A stretch of 64,000 nucleotides of DNA from Bacillota bacterium (lineage in GTDB: Bacteria > Bacillota > UBA5301 > Bu52), in the NCBI GenBank assembly GCA_014896355.1, contig JADBKO010000003.1, positions 26,077-90,076 on the forward strand. The letters run 5' to 3'. The position numbers and the translations under genes were made by a program. The notes below the pieces were generated by a model. The model worked only from the letters and a program-made list of their open reading frames with translations, was not told the DNA's origin and made no database searches. How positions within the stretch are numbered: the first letter of the stretch is position 1; each line of letters starts with the position of its first letter. This document shows positions 16,766 through 25,785 of this stretch, in pieces.

Positions 16766-18559
16766 TCAGCCTTCCCCTTCCATCAGAATGGCGTCATTCC
16801 ACGCCTGCAGCTCCCGGTAGCGGCGGCGGGACTCTTGCAGCCTGCGGCCCAGTTCCTGAAAACGGCGGGCCAGCTCCTCTTCGCCTGGAGTGGTGAGGAT
16901 GATCTCCCCGATGGCCTGTTCCAGATTCTGCCCGCCCAGGTCCGACAGAATGGCGTCCAACTCCCCCAGTACGCTTTCGAACAGGCGGATCTTCTCCTGC
17001 AGGAGCCATACAACGTATTCTTCGATGGTGGAGCGCAGCACCAGGTTCGTGATGCGCACAGGGGACTGCTGGCCAAGGCGGTGGACTCTGCCGATGCGCT
17101 GTTCCACCCGCATGGGATTCCACGGCAGATCGTAATTGATCAAGACGTGGCAAAACTGGAAATTGTGTCCTTCCGCGCTGGCGTCGGTGCTGACCAGGAC
17201 CGAGAGGGAATCCCGGAACTGTTGGATCACCCGGGCTTTGTGGTCTGCAGGCAGGGTACCGTTGAACGCCGCGGCCCGTATGCCCACCGCCTGCAGGCGG
17301 CGGAGAATGGCCGACTGGCTGGCCAGAAACTCTGTATACACCAGGACCTTCGTCCGTGGTTCCCGGCGCAGAAGCTGCACCAGGGCCTCCTCCTTGGCCC
17401 AGTTGCCCAGGGCCCGGCCTTCTTCCAAGAGTTCATCCAGCTGCTGCCGGAGCGCACCCTGGCACTGCCGTCGAAAAGCCCGCAGAGTCTCCAACGCCGC
17501 CGCCGGTGAGGAGGAGATCTCCCGTAGCAAGACCAGGTAGGGCAGCAGATTGCGCCGGCCCCGTGCGGCCATGCGTTGGGCGAAGTCCTGGCGCGCCCAC
17601 TCCAGCGCCCGCCCATAGAACCTGCGCTCCGCCTCCGTCATGTCCAGTTCCTGGTTCTGTACTTGCCGCTGGGGCACAGGAAGCCCCGCCTGCCGGCGGC
17701 CGGTGCGAATGACCACCTGGGAAAGAAGCCGGCGCAACTCCTCCACGTTGCGCACCCGGCGTTTATCCACCATGAACTTGCGCTTGAACTGGCGAAAGGT
17801 GTGGAGCTGGCCGGGGCGCAAGAGCTGGATCATGTTGTAAAGCTCCCGCAGATCGTTCTGCAGAGGCGTGGCTGTAAGAAGCAGGAGAAACTTTTTGTCC
17901 AGGCTGTTGACAAAGCGCCAGTTGGCAGTAGCAGCGTTCTTGAGGCGGTGGGCTTCATCCACCACCACCATGTCCCAACTTTGCTTGCGCAGAATCGCTG
18001 CATGCGGTGGACGCTTCGCCAGATCCAGGGACGCGATGATCAGAGGGCTGCGGCTCCATCCCTCCGGCGCCGGATTGGCCACGAAAGGCAGCTCCAACCT
18101 GCCGCAGATCTCGTCCTGCCACTGGGGGACCAGATTGGCAGGCACAAGGATCAACACGCGGCGCACGAGCCCGCGCAGCCAGTATTCTTTGATGACGATG
18201 CCGGCTTCCAGAGTCTTGCCCAGGCCCACCTCGTCCGCCAGCACGGCCCTCCCGTTCATGTCCTGCAGGACCCGGCGCACCGCCTGCAGCTGATGGGCAT
18301 AGAGGGCCAGATCCGGCAGGGTTTGGGCGGAAAGAAGGGTTTCAAACCCCTTTTCCGCTGCGAGATCCCAGGCCTGCCGGGCCAAGAGAAACCACCCCGG
18401 CTTGGAGGCCGGCCCCGCCAGGGGCGCGGGGGTCTCCGGGGCCCGGGCGGCGCCGGCTTCCCCGGCCTCCGCAACTGGGTCACCGCCCACGCCCGCCGCC
18501 TGCAAAAGATCCTCTCTCAAAAGCTGCAGATTTTCCGGCGGAAAGATGAAGGCATGCAC
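16766..18559 (-). CDS. SNF2/RapA-family helicase-like ATPase (YqhH-like)
   Basis: 597 aa. Helicase motif I is LADEVGLGKTLEAG, motif II is VVDEAHRLKN and motif III is LLLTATPLQN. The C-terminal helicase domain reads VLVSTDASAEGHNFQFCHVLINYDLPWNPMRVEQRIGRVHRLGQ. Confidence 0.9.
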   Translation of the reverse strand: MHAFIFPPENLQLLREDLLQAAGVGGDPVAEAGEAGAARAPETPAPLAGPASKPGWFLLARQAWDLAAEKGFETLLSAQTLPDLALYAHQLQAVRRVLQDMNGRAVLADEVGLGKTLEAGIVIKEYWLRGLVRRVLILVPANLVPQWQDEICGRLELPFVANPAPEGWSRSPLIIASLDLAKRPPHAAILRKQSWDMVVVDEAHRLKNAATANWRFVNSLDKKFLLLLTATPLQNDLRELYNMIQLLRPGQLHTFRQFKRKFMVDKRRVRNVEELRRLLSQVVIRTGRRQAGLPVPQRQVQNQELDMTEAERRFYGRALEWARQDFAQRMAARGRRNLLPYLVLLREISSSPAAALETLRAFRRQCQGALRQQLDELLEEGRALGNWAKEEALVQLLRREPRTKVLVYTEFLASQSAILRRLQAVGIRAAAFNGTLPADHKARVIQQFRDSLSVLVSTDASAEGHNFQFCHVLINYDLPWNPMRVEQRIGRVHRLGQQSPVRITNLVLRSTIEEYVVWLLQEKIRLFESVLGELDAILSDLGGQNLEQAIGEIILTTPGEEELARRFQELGRRLQESRRRYRELQAWNDAILMEGEG

Positions 18560-18636
18560 TGCGGACTCGCCACCCTTACCACGTCCCCGTCCCGCGGAGT
18601 CCCTCCCTACGACGGCTGGGAGCCGGGCGCAGACAG

Positions 18637-20091
18637 TCAGGCGCGTCCCGAAGCCTCCAGCCGGACGCGCGGCGCAGCAGAGGCCGCAGACGCCGCAGCC
18701 TGTTGCTCCTGCAGGGATTGAGCCAGGTCGTGGGCAACCTGGGAGATATCTCCCGCGCCCATGACCAGGATCAGGTCCCCAGGCCGTGCCTGGGCCTTCA
18801 GAAAGTCCAGGGCCGCCGCAGGAGTGGGGACGAATACCACGCCGGCCTTGCCTCTCCTGCGCCGCAGAGCGTCCGCCAGGGCCGCCCCGCTGACACCCGG
18901 AATGGGCCGGTCCGGCGGGGGAGCATAGATGTCTGTGAGCACCAACAGATCCGGCTGGTCAAAGGCCTGCAGAAACTGGTCCCAAAGAAAATGGGTGCGC
19001 GCATAGCGATGAGGCTGGAAGACCGCCACCAGACGCCGCCTGGGCCATCCCTGCCTGGCCGCGGCGAGGGTGGCCTGCACCTCCGTGGGGTGATGGGCGT
19101 AATCATCCACCACCGTAATGCCGCCGGCCTCCGTCAGCACTTGAAACCGCCGTTTGGCGTTGTGGAAGTCCGCCAGATGCCGGATGGCCTCGGCCAACCC
19201 CACGCCGGCCCGGTCCGCGGCGGCCAGGGCCGCCAGAGAATTGGCCACATTGTGTACCCCCGGCACCGGCACACTCACGCGGCCTTGGAGCCGCCCCTCA
19301 TGAAAAAGAGAAAAAGAAAGCTGCCGCTGGTTCTGGCGGATCTCTGTGGCGTACCAGGCGCAGGTGGGGTCCTTCAGGCTGTAGCAGATTGCGGGGACCG
19401 GCAGCTGCGGGGACAGGCGTGCCAGTTCAGGGTCGTCCTGGCAGAGAACGGCGGCTCCCCCCGGGCGCACATTATGCAGAAAACGCTCAAAGGTCTCGAC
19501 CAGGCGCTGAACGTTTCCGCCATAGTTCTCCAGGTGGTCCGCCTCGATGTTGGTGACCACCGCCACTTCAGGGCGGTAGCGCAGGAAGGACCCGTCGCTC
19601 TCATCGGCTTCAGCCACCAGCCATGCGCCTTGGCCGTACTTCGCCCCATGGTTGAGCTCCGCCAGCTCTCCGCCGATGAGCACCGTGGGATCCAAGCCGG
19701 CCCGCTGCAGAATCCAGGAAACCATACTGGTGACGGTGGTCTTGCCATGAGCGCCAGCCACGGCAATGCCGCGCCGCGAATTCATGAGGCTTGCCAGGGC
19801 CTCGGAACGGTGATACACCGGGATATGCCGTTCCCGGGCAGCTTTCAGCTCGGGGTTGTCTCCTGTGATGGCACTGGAATAAATCACGGCCTGCGCATCC
19901 TTCAGGTTTTCAGGCCGGTGTTCCCCGATGTAGATCCGGGCCCCCAGGTCCTCCAATCCCTGGGTTAATGCGGACCCGTGCAAATCCGAGCCGCTGACAC
20001 AGACGCCCATGCCGATCAGCACCCGCGCCACTGCGCTCATGCCATAGCCACCGATCCCCACCATGTGAACGCGTTCTCCGGGAGTGAACAT
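18637..20091 (-). CDS. murC: UDP-N-acetylmuramate--L-alanine ligase
   Basis: ATG 20091 (MFTPGERVHMVGIGGYGMSAVA) is preceded by GGAGAC. The Mur ligase P-loop is AGAHGKTTVTSM. An Ala/Ser-rich C-terminal tail is present. The upstream 17 codons of the track ORF are a spurious extension. Confidence 0.9.
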   Translation of the reverse strand: MFTPGERVHMVGIGGYGMSAVARVLIGMGVCVSGSDLHGSALTQGLEDLGARIYIGEHRPENLKDAQAVIYSSAITGDNPELKAARERHIPVYHRSEALASLMNSRRGIAVAGAHGKTTVTSMVSWILQRAGLDPTVLIGGELAELNHGAKYGQGAWLVAEADESDGSFLRYRPEVAVVTNIEADHLENYGGNVQRLVETFERFLHNVRPGGAAVLCQDDPELARLSPQLPVPAICYSLKDPTCAWYATEIRQNQRQLSFSLFHEGRLQGRVSVPVPGVHNVANSLAALAAADRAGVGLAEAIRHLADFHNAKRRFQVLTEAGGITVVDDYAHHPTEVQATLAAARQGWPRRRLVAVFQPHRYARTHFLWDQFLQAFDQPDLLVLTDIYAPPPDRPIPGVSGAALADALRRRRGKAGVVFVPTPAAALDFLKAQARPGDLILVMGAGDISQVAHDLAQSLQEQQAAASAASAAPRVRLEASGRA

Positions 20092-20290
20092 ACTGTCTCC
20101 GCACCCCCACTTCGCTTTCCCTCCGTGTGCCCTGCCTTCCACGCGACCAAGCCCTTTGTGAGCCCAGGCCCGCTCTGTTCTGGTCTAGGTGGCCTGGCCC
20201 GGTATTCCTATGGATTGCTGTATCAGTGTATCGCCCAAAAGGCGCCGGGGTGACCAGGCTCGCAAAGCCCACAGGAATGATGCCGGACTT

Positions 20291-20319
20291 AGCATAACAC
20301 AAAAAGGCCTGTCTATCCA
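20291..20319 (-). promoter_or_regulatory. candidate murC promoter (extended -10)
   Basis: The minus strand reads TGGATA-(17 nt)-TATGCT, with TGT immediately upstream of the -10 (TGTTATGCT). It would give a leader of about 190 nt. Confidence 0.4.
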
Positions 20320-20413
20320 TGGGCGAATGCAGGCATAGGCAGAAGGAGGCCGACGGAGCAGGCCTCCACGGGGGGATCACGCTGGTGAGGGGCTGGAGAG
20401 GCGCCGGCCTGGG

Positions 20414-20483
20414 CCTGCCGGGCAGGCGGAACCGGCGCCGAATCTTTCACTATTACCCTGCCGGCAGGCGCGGTTCCGGTGCC
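20414..20483. repeat. composite GC-rich repeat/hairpin downstream of spoIIP
   Basis: The left arm is CCTGCCGGGCAGGCGGAACCGGCGCC and the right arm is CCTGCCGGCAGGCGCGGTTCCGGTGCC. Each arm contains a CTGCCGG(G)CAGG palindrome. The GGAACCGGCGCC and GGCGCGGTTCC parts are mutually complementary. Confidence 0.5.
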
Positions 20484-20494
20484 CAGCAGGCCTG

Positions 20495-21388
20495 TCAGTG
20501 CACGGTGGGGGGCGCTGAAGACGGCGGCGTCTCGCTGACCAGGGTGGCCACCACATCGGCCAGGAGCTTGGCAGCGCGCTGCGCTTCGGCCAAGGTGTTT
20601 TGCGGATAACTGCCGATGTAGACCGACAGGGCCCGATCCGTGGCGGCTCCGGATGATCCCAGTTCCTTCACGCCGCGGCACAGGCCGGGATACATTTCCT
20701 CCATACGGCCTTCCAGTTCACGGGCCAAAGCCAGGCGCTGCTCCTTCCCGGGACCATCCGGCACGCCGATCATGATGCGTGCCACCGGTTGCCCGTTCAG
20801 CTGCACCGTGGTGGCCGAGGCGGGTGAACCGGGCGGCAAGGCATCCCGGTGCACGTCCAGCACCAGCTCGACGGACGGATTTCGTTGCAGGTTGCTGGCC
20901 ATGGCCTCTGCTGCCAGCGGCAGAGCGTTCTTGAAGACGGGGTAATCAAACACGGTGGTGTCATGCAAGGCCGATACGCCACGAATCGCCAGCCCCTCTG
21001 TCAGGGTCTGCCCCACGCTCACAATCTGCCCCGGCTGGCCGCTGGCATAGGGGTCCCCGGGGCCGTAATTCTGGCTGGCGAACGAATAATAAATCATCAC
21101 CTGGGGCGGCCCTCCCTGGGCGCCGAGAGACGAGTACGAGCCAGCCGTGCCCTGCTGGGAGCCGGCGGCGGACGGGGATGCCACCCCCGCAGCCGCTGGC
21201 GCAGGTTCGCCTGGGCGGGCGGTGGTGACCTGCTGGGGTTTGCCCCCCAGGGACTGGCGGTTCTTGTCGGCATTGGGGTAGAACCCGAGGTAGCGAGCTC
21301 CCAGCACAGCGACCACCACCAGCGCCACCAGGACGAAAAATAAGCCGGGCCCGCCCCCTTCAACCTCGGTTTCGCGCGGTCTTGGCAT
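20495..21388 (-). CDS. spoIIP: stage II sporulation protein P-like (SpoIIP family), possibly catalytically degenerate
   Basis: 297 aa with an N-terminal TM helix (LFFVLVALVVVAVLG) and a low-complexity linker. The C-terminal domain has LDVHRDAL, RIMIGV, YPGLCRGV and SVYIGS blocks like SpoIIP. The usual IYHTHxxE block reads IYYSFASQ here. Confidence 0.65.
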   Translation of the reverse strand: MPRPRETEVEGGGPGLFFVLVALVVVAVLGARYLGFYPNADKNRQSLGGKPQQVTTARPGEPAPAAAGVASPSAAGSQQGTAGSYSSLGAQGGPPQVMIYYSFASQNYGPGDPYASGQPGQIVSVGQTLTEGLAIRGVSALHDTTVFDYPVFKNALPLAAEAMASNLQRNPSVELVLDVHRDALPPGSPASATTVQLNGQPVARIMIGVPDGPGKEQRLALARELEGRMEEMYPGLCRGVKELGSSGAATDRALSVYIGSYPQNTLAEAQRAAKLLADVVATLVSETPPSSAPPTVH

Positions 21389-21506
21389 AGTCTGCCCCCC
21401 TTTCGTCTGAACCTTATGCCTCGGCCCGTCCGGTTAGAACCGGGCCCCGCGGCTGCGGCGGCGGGGACGCCGGCCGTGCCGAAGTCCAGACGGAGAGGGG
21501 CCAAAC

Positions 21507-21929
21507 CTAGCCGTTGCGCAGCGGCTGCCAGCGCAATGCGTTTTCCACCATTTCGCGCTGGTCTGGGAAAGTCAGAAGCGCCACAGCCTGTTGCGGCTCC
21601 AGCCAGCGGCCTTCCAGGATTCCTTCCTCGGTCTGCAGCTGGAGGCTGGCGGGCCAGCACCGCGGGCGGGCGACGAACCAGATGACCGTCTTGTGACGCC
21701 GCTCTGTCTCGCCGGGATACGTGAACTCATGGGCCGTCTCGCCGGCCCGGCCCAGGAGTTCCACGTCCAATCCAGTCTCCTCGCGGATCTCGCGCGCCGC
21801 TGCCTGCTCCGGGGTTTCCCCTGCCTCGATATGGCCCTTGGGCAAAATCCACTCGCCGCGCGCGTGCCGCAGGACCAACACCCGGCCGCAGGCCAAGACC
21901 ACGCCCCCGGCCGCCCGTTCTTCAATCAT
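21507..21929 (-). CDS. NUDIX hydrolase
   Basis: The Nudix box is GHIEAGETPEQAAAREIREETGL. The ATG overlaps the upstream stop (ATGA). Confidence 0.85.
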   Translation of the reverse strand: MIEERAAGGVVLACGRVLVLRHARGEWILPKGHIEAGETPEQAAAREIREETGLDVELLGRAGETAHEFTYPGETERRHKTVIWFVARPRCWPASLQLQTEEGILEGRWLEPQQAVALLTFPDQREMVENALRWQPLRNG

Positions 21930-24703
21930 CGTTGAGACCCCGCTCCGCTTTTACTTGCCAGCTCCGCCAAACGTTTCAAGAGGGCGCCCAGCTCGGATTG
22001 GGCCTGGCCATAACCGGACCAATCTCCGGCCCGCAAGCGGTCCTGGGCCCGGCGGAAAACCTGGTCTGCCTGCTGGCTGAGCTGGACCCAATTGTCAGCC
22101 GGCGCAGGTACAGGAACCGTTGCCGCACCTGCCGCCTGTGCTCCCGCCTGCCCCACGCCCCCGGTCACCCCCGTTACCGCGGCACCTGCCGCAGGCAGGC
22201 CGAACGCTTGCCGTAAAGCCTGAGCCAAGGTATCCGCCATGACCACGTTTCCGCCGTAGGCCACGATCACCTGCTTGAGTTCTGGCATCTGGCTCTGATC
22301 CGCCTGCAGGAACAGGGGTTCCACATAAAGCAGGGAATCGCGCACAGGGATCACCAGGAGATTGCCCCGAATCACACGGGATCCCTTCTGATCCCACAGG
22401 GAAAGCCGCTGCGAGATGTAGGGATCCTGGTTGATGCGGGCCTCAATCTGCATGGGCCCATAACTCAGCCGGTCCTTGGGGAAGGTGTATACCAGGAGCT
22501 TGCCGTAATTGGCGCCGTCGGAGCGGGCTGCCATCCAGGCCACCATGTTGTTCTTCCGGGTGGGCGTGAACGGCAGCAGGAGTACGAACTCGGGCTTTGG
22601 TTCGCCGGGCAGGCGCATCACGATGTAGTACGGCTCCATGGCCACCTGCTCGGTCCCGAAAATCTCCGTGGGTATGCTCCACACGTCCTCCTTATTGTAG
22701 AACACCGTGGGATCCTTCATGTGGTACGTCGCATAGATGTGGCTCTGGATGGCAAACAGGTCTTCCGGATAACGCAGGTGGGCGCGAAGGGCGGGGGGCA
22801 TGGCCTCCAGAGGCTTGAAGAGCCGGGGAAAGATCTGCGCCCAGGCCCGCGCCAGGGGCTCTTTGGGATCCACAATGTAGTACGTGGTGGTGCCGTTGTA
22901 GGCGTCGATGACCACCTTGATGGAGTTGCGCACATAGTTTCCCCAGCCCGGCACCGGCATGGAGTACGGAAAGAGGCTGCTGGTCACGTACGCGTCCTGA
23001 ATCCAGTAAAGCCGGCCGCCGGCGATGACCAAATAAGGGTCGCGGTCATAGCGCAAGAAAGGCGCGATCTTGCGGACCCGCTCGTGAATGTTGCGATACA
23101 TGAGCACCCGCGTGCGGTCGCTGATGTCGGAAGCGAGAAGAACTTGGATCTGCCTGAAACGCAAGGCGAATGCCAGGCGCTTGAACAGGCTGTCCATGGG
23201 GATACCCCCGCTGCCGTCATACGTGTTATAGGCGTTGTCCTCCCCCACCGGATAATCGAATTCCGGCGTGCGAGCCCGCACAAAGACCGGGGTGTTGGTG
23301 AGCTCGCCGAAATAGATGCGGGGCTGCCGGATTGCCAGCGCCGGTACTGTGGAGACGGGCGGAATGTCCCGCACGAAAAAGCGGGGCATGCCTTCCCCCG
23401 TCACCTCGTTGACCGGGCTCACCACGGCGCCGTATCCGTGTGTATACTTCAGCGCCAGATTCACCCAGGTCTTGGCCGTGTTGGTCAGGTGATCCACATT
23501 GAGCTCGCGGGCAGACAGGGTCACCTGCCTCAATTGGCCGCCCACCTCGTAGCGGTCCACATCGACATCGGTGAAATCGTAATACAACCGCATCTCCTGC
23601 AGCTGGGCATAGGTGGCCAGGAGGGGTTTCCAGTCCCACAGGCGGACATTTCCGATGGTGTCCTTTTCGGAGATGATCTCGTCGTAGGTCAGGTCCTCCC
23701 GGGCCGGAAACGTCTTTTCCTGGACCTTGTCCAACCCATAACCCAGCAAGGTGTAACGGATGTGCTGGGAGATGTAGGGCGCCTCCCGTGCTAGCTCGTT
23801 GGGTTCCACCGAGAAGCGCTGTACCAGGCCGGGATAGATCTGGCCCAGAACCAGCGAAGCGGCGATCAGCAAGCCAACGCCGACGAGGGTCAGCCGGGCC
23901 CGACGCAGAGCCACAGCCACCAGCACCAAAACGCCTGTACCCACGGCGATGACCTGCAGGACCTGCAGCGCCGGTAGATTCGCATGGATGTCCGTGTACC
24001 CGGGTCCGAACACTACGCCGCGGGGAGAGAACAACAGGCCGTACATATCCAGCCGGTAGCCCCAGGCCCGCCACAGGAAAATGAGGGCCACCAGGAACGC
24101 CAGATGAAACTGGGCCGGCGAGCGCAGCCACTGCCGTCCGGGACCCCAGCGCAACGCGCCGCTGCCGATGTAGACCAGGGCCACCACGATGGCGGTGACC
24201 ACCAAAATGGTCATGCCCATCTGGTACAGGTAGCGGTAAAACGGGTACCGGAACATGTAGTACCCCACGTCCAGATGGAACACAGGATCCCGCACACCCA
24301 CGGTCTGGGAGGCAAAGAACCTCTGCACCACCTCCCAGTAGACCGAGGTGGTGCCGCTGGCCAAAAAGGCGATCACCAGCGCCCCCACGCCCATCAAGAC
24401 CGTCAGGCGCCGGGCCGTGAGCCACTGGGCAAAGGCACCCTCCGGAGGCAGCGCAGTCAGGGCTCGTCCCACTTCGCCCCGGGAAAGAAGCAAATTGATC
24501 CAAAGAAAACCGAAGAACAGGACCCACATGGCCAGCCGCAGTTCCCATTGGGTCAGAAGCATGGTCCAGAAAACGTCCTGAGCCCCCTGGGCCCGATACC
24601 ATAGCCAGTCTGTGTACAAACCAGCCCCGGCCACAAAGGCGATGGCAAGGAGGGCCAGGATGGCCACAACCCATGCCAGGATCCACCGTCCTAACCTGTG
24701 CAT
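21926..24703 (-). CDS. UPF0182 (COG1615) family large membrane protein
   Basis: ATG 24703 is preceded by GGAGGAGAGAG. About 925 aa, with an N-terminal block of TM helices starting MHRLGRWILAWVVAILALLAIAFVAGAGLYTDWLWY. A large extracytoplasmic domain and an Ala/Gly-rich tail follow. Upstream codons of the track ORF overlap hslO and are spurious. Confidence 0.75.
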   Translation of the reverse strand: MHRLGRWILAWVVAILALLAIAFVAGAGLYTDWLWYRAQGAQDVFWTMLLTQWELRLAMWVLFFGFLWINLLLSRGEVGRALTALPPEGAFAQWLTARRLTVLMGVGALVIAFLASGTTSVYWEVVQRFFASQTVGVRDPVFHLDVGYYMFRYPFYRYLYQMGMTILVVTAIVVALVYIGSGALRWGPGRQWLRSPAQFHLAFLVALIFLWRAWGYRLDMYGLLFSPRGVVFGPGYTDIHANLPALQVLQVIAVGTGVLVLVAVALRRARLTLVGVGLLIAASLVLGQIYPGLVQRFSVEPNELAREAPYISQHIRYTLLGYGLDKVQEKTFPAREDLTYDEIISEKDTIGNVRLWDWKPLLATYAQLQEMRLYYDFTDVDVDRYEVGGQLRQVTLSARELNVDHLTNTAKTWVNLALKYTHGYGAVVSPVNEVTGEGMPRFFVRDIPPVSTVPALAIRQPRIYFGELTNTPVFVRARTPEFDYPVGEDNAYNTYDGSGGIPMDSLFKRLAFALRFRQIQVLLASDISDRTRVLMYRNIHERVRKIAPFLRYDRDPYLVIAGGRLYWIQDAYVTSSLFPYSMPVPGWGNYVRNSIKVVIDAYNGTTTYYIVDPKEPLARAWAQIFPRLFKPLEAMPPALRAHLRYPEDLFAIQSHIYATYHMKDPTVFYNKEDVWSIPTEIFGTEQVAMEPYYIVMRLPGEPKPEFVLLLPFTPTRKNNMVAWMAARSDGANYGKLLVYTFPKDRLSYGPMQIEARINQDPYISQRLSLWDQKGSRVIRGNLLVIPVRDSLLYVEPLFLQADQSQMPELKQVIVAYGGNVVMADTLAQALRQAFGLPAAGAAVTGVTGGVGQAGAQAAGAATVPVPAPADNWVQLSQQADQVFRRAQDRLRAGDWSGYGQAQSELGALLKRLAELASKSGAGSQR

Positions 24704-24785
24704 CTCTCTCCTCCATTCCGAAGTTGCGATTCGTGGGTCCAGCCACCGCCGGCAGACCGCGCGTAGCCGCGTCCCGGCCGCTGCC

Positions 24786-25784
24786 CTACGGCTGACCGGG
24801 CTCCTCCAGCTGACGCAGCAGGTCGTGGATCTCCTGCGGACCAAAGGAATAGCGGGTATTGCAGAACCGGCAGGTCAGCTGCGCTCCCTGGCCCTCCTGG
24901 TCCAGGCGGGCCAACTCCTCCGTGCCCAGGCTGACCAGAGCCCGGGCCACCCGCTCCCTGCTGCACCCACAGTCGAACTCCACGGGATAACGGTCCAAGA
25001 CCTGATAACTCCCGGCTTTTCCCGCCTCCAGGAGCTCGTCGATGAGCCCCTGAGCCGTCCGGCCGCGGGCCACCAGGCTGCTCACCTGCGGCAGGCGGGC
25101 CAGGCGGTTTTCCAGACCGGCCAGAACCTCCTGGCGGGCGGAAGGCAGTGCCTGCACCAATAGCCCGCCGGCGGCCAGAACCTTCCATCCTGACCCGGAC
25201 GCCTCGGCAGCTACGCCACGCCCTGCGTGGTCATGCCCTCCTTGGCTGGCGCCGGCCTCGGCAGGACCCACCAGGACGCCTAGGGCCATGGCGGAGGGAA
25301 TCTGCTCGGACTGGGCCAGGTAATACGTCAGGTCCTCGGCGATTTCCCCGCTGACCAACGGTGCCGTACCCTGATAGGGCTCTTTGAGGCCCAGGTCCTT
25401 GATGACCACCACCACGCCTTCCCTTCCGACGGCGGAGGCCACATCCATCTTTCCGGCGGCCTTCAACTCCGGATCCACGTGAGGGTTTTGCACATACCCA
25501 CGGACCTGTCCCCGGGCTGTGGCCTCGCCTACCACCCGCCCCAGAGGACCGTTGCCGCAGATCTGGATGAGAATCTTCTCATCGTCCTTCAGAGAGCTTC
25601 CCATCAGGAGGGCGGCGGTCAGGACCCTTCCCAATGCAGCCGTAGCTGTAGGCCAAGTGCCATGGCGCGCGTGAGCCTCCTCCACCAACCCGGTGGTGGT
25701 GGCCGCCACCACCTGGACCGTGCCCCCGTAAGCCAGGGAACGCACCAGCTCGTCTGTTCCACACTGTCCTTCACACCTGGGCAC
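24786..25784 (-). CDS. hslO: Hsp33 redox-regulated chaperone
   Basis: The N-terminal Hsp33 core is VVAATTTGLVEEAHARHGTWPTATAALGRVL. The C-terminal zinc centre is CGCSRERV...CRFCNTRY. GTG start. Confidence 0.85.
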   Translation of the reverse strand: MPRCEGQCGTDELVRSLAYGGTVQVVAATTTGLVEEAHARHGTWPTATAALGRVLTAALLMGSSLKDDEKILIQICGNGPLGRVVGEATARGQVRGYVQNPHVDPELKAAGKMDVASAVGREGVVVVIKDLGLKEPYQGTAPLVSGEIAEDLTYYLAQSEQIPSAMALGVLVGPAEAGASQGGHDHAGRGVAAEASGSGWKVLAAGGLLVQALPSARQEVLAGLENRLARLPQVSSLVARGRTAQGLIDELLEAGKAGSYQVLDRYPVEFDCGCSRERVARALVSLGTEELARLDQEGQGAQLTCRFCNTRYSFGPQEIHDLLRQLEEPGQP

Positions 25785-25785
25785 C

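Noticed and set aside
15142-18559. SNF2 + zinc-ribbon pair as a DISARM, Zorya or BREX-like defence module.
   Set aside because: No methyltransferase, PLD/nuclease, DUF1998 or other defence partners are present. The flanks are housekeeping genes (murC, ord). The pair resembles the conserved core yqhG-yqhH arrangement, so it is kept as an uncharacterised core system rather than a defence call.
21389-21506. Sigma-E-type promoter upstream of spoIIP, and sigma-F/G promoter upstream of sigG (37120..37316).
   Set aside because: CATA-containing stretches exist (GGCATAAGGT; CATAAGGGTATAT), but I could not align both -35 and -10 elements to the remembered consensus with correct spacing. This is too speculative to list as a feature.
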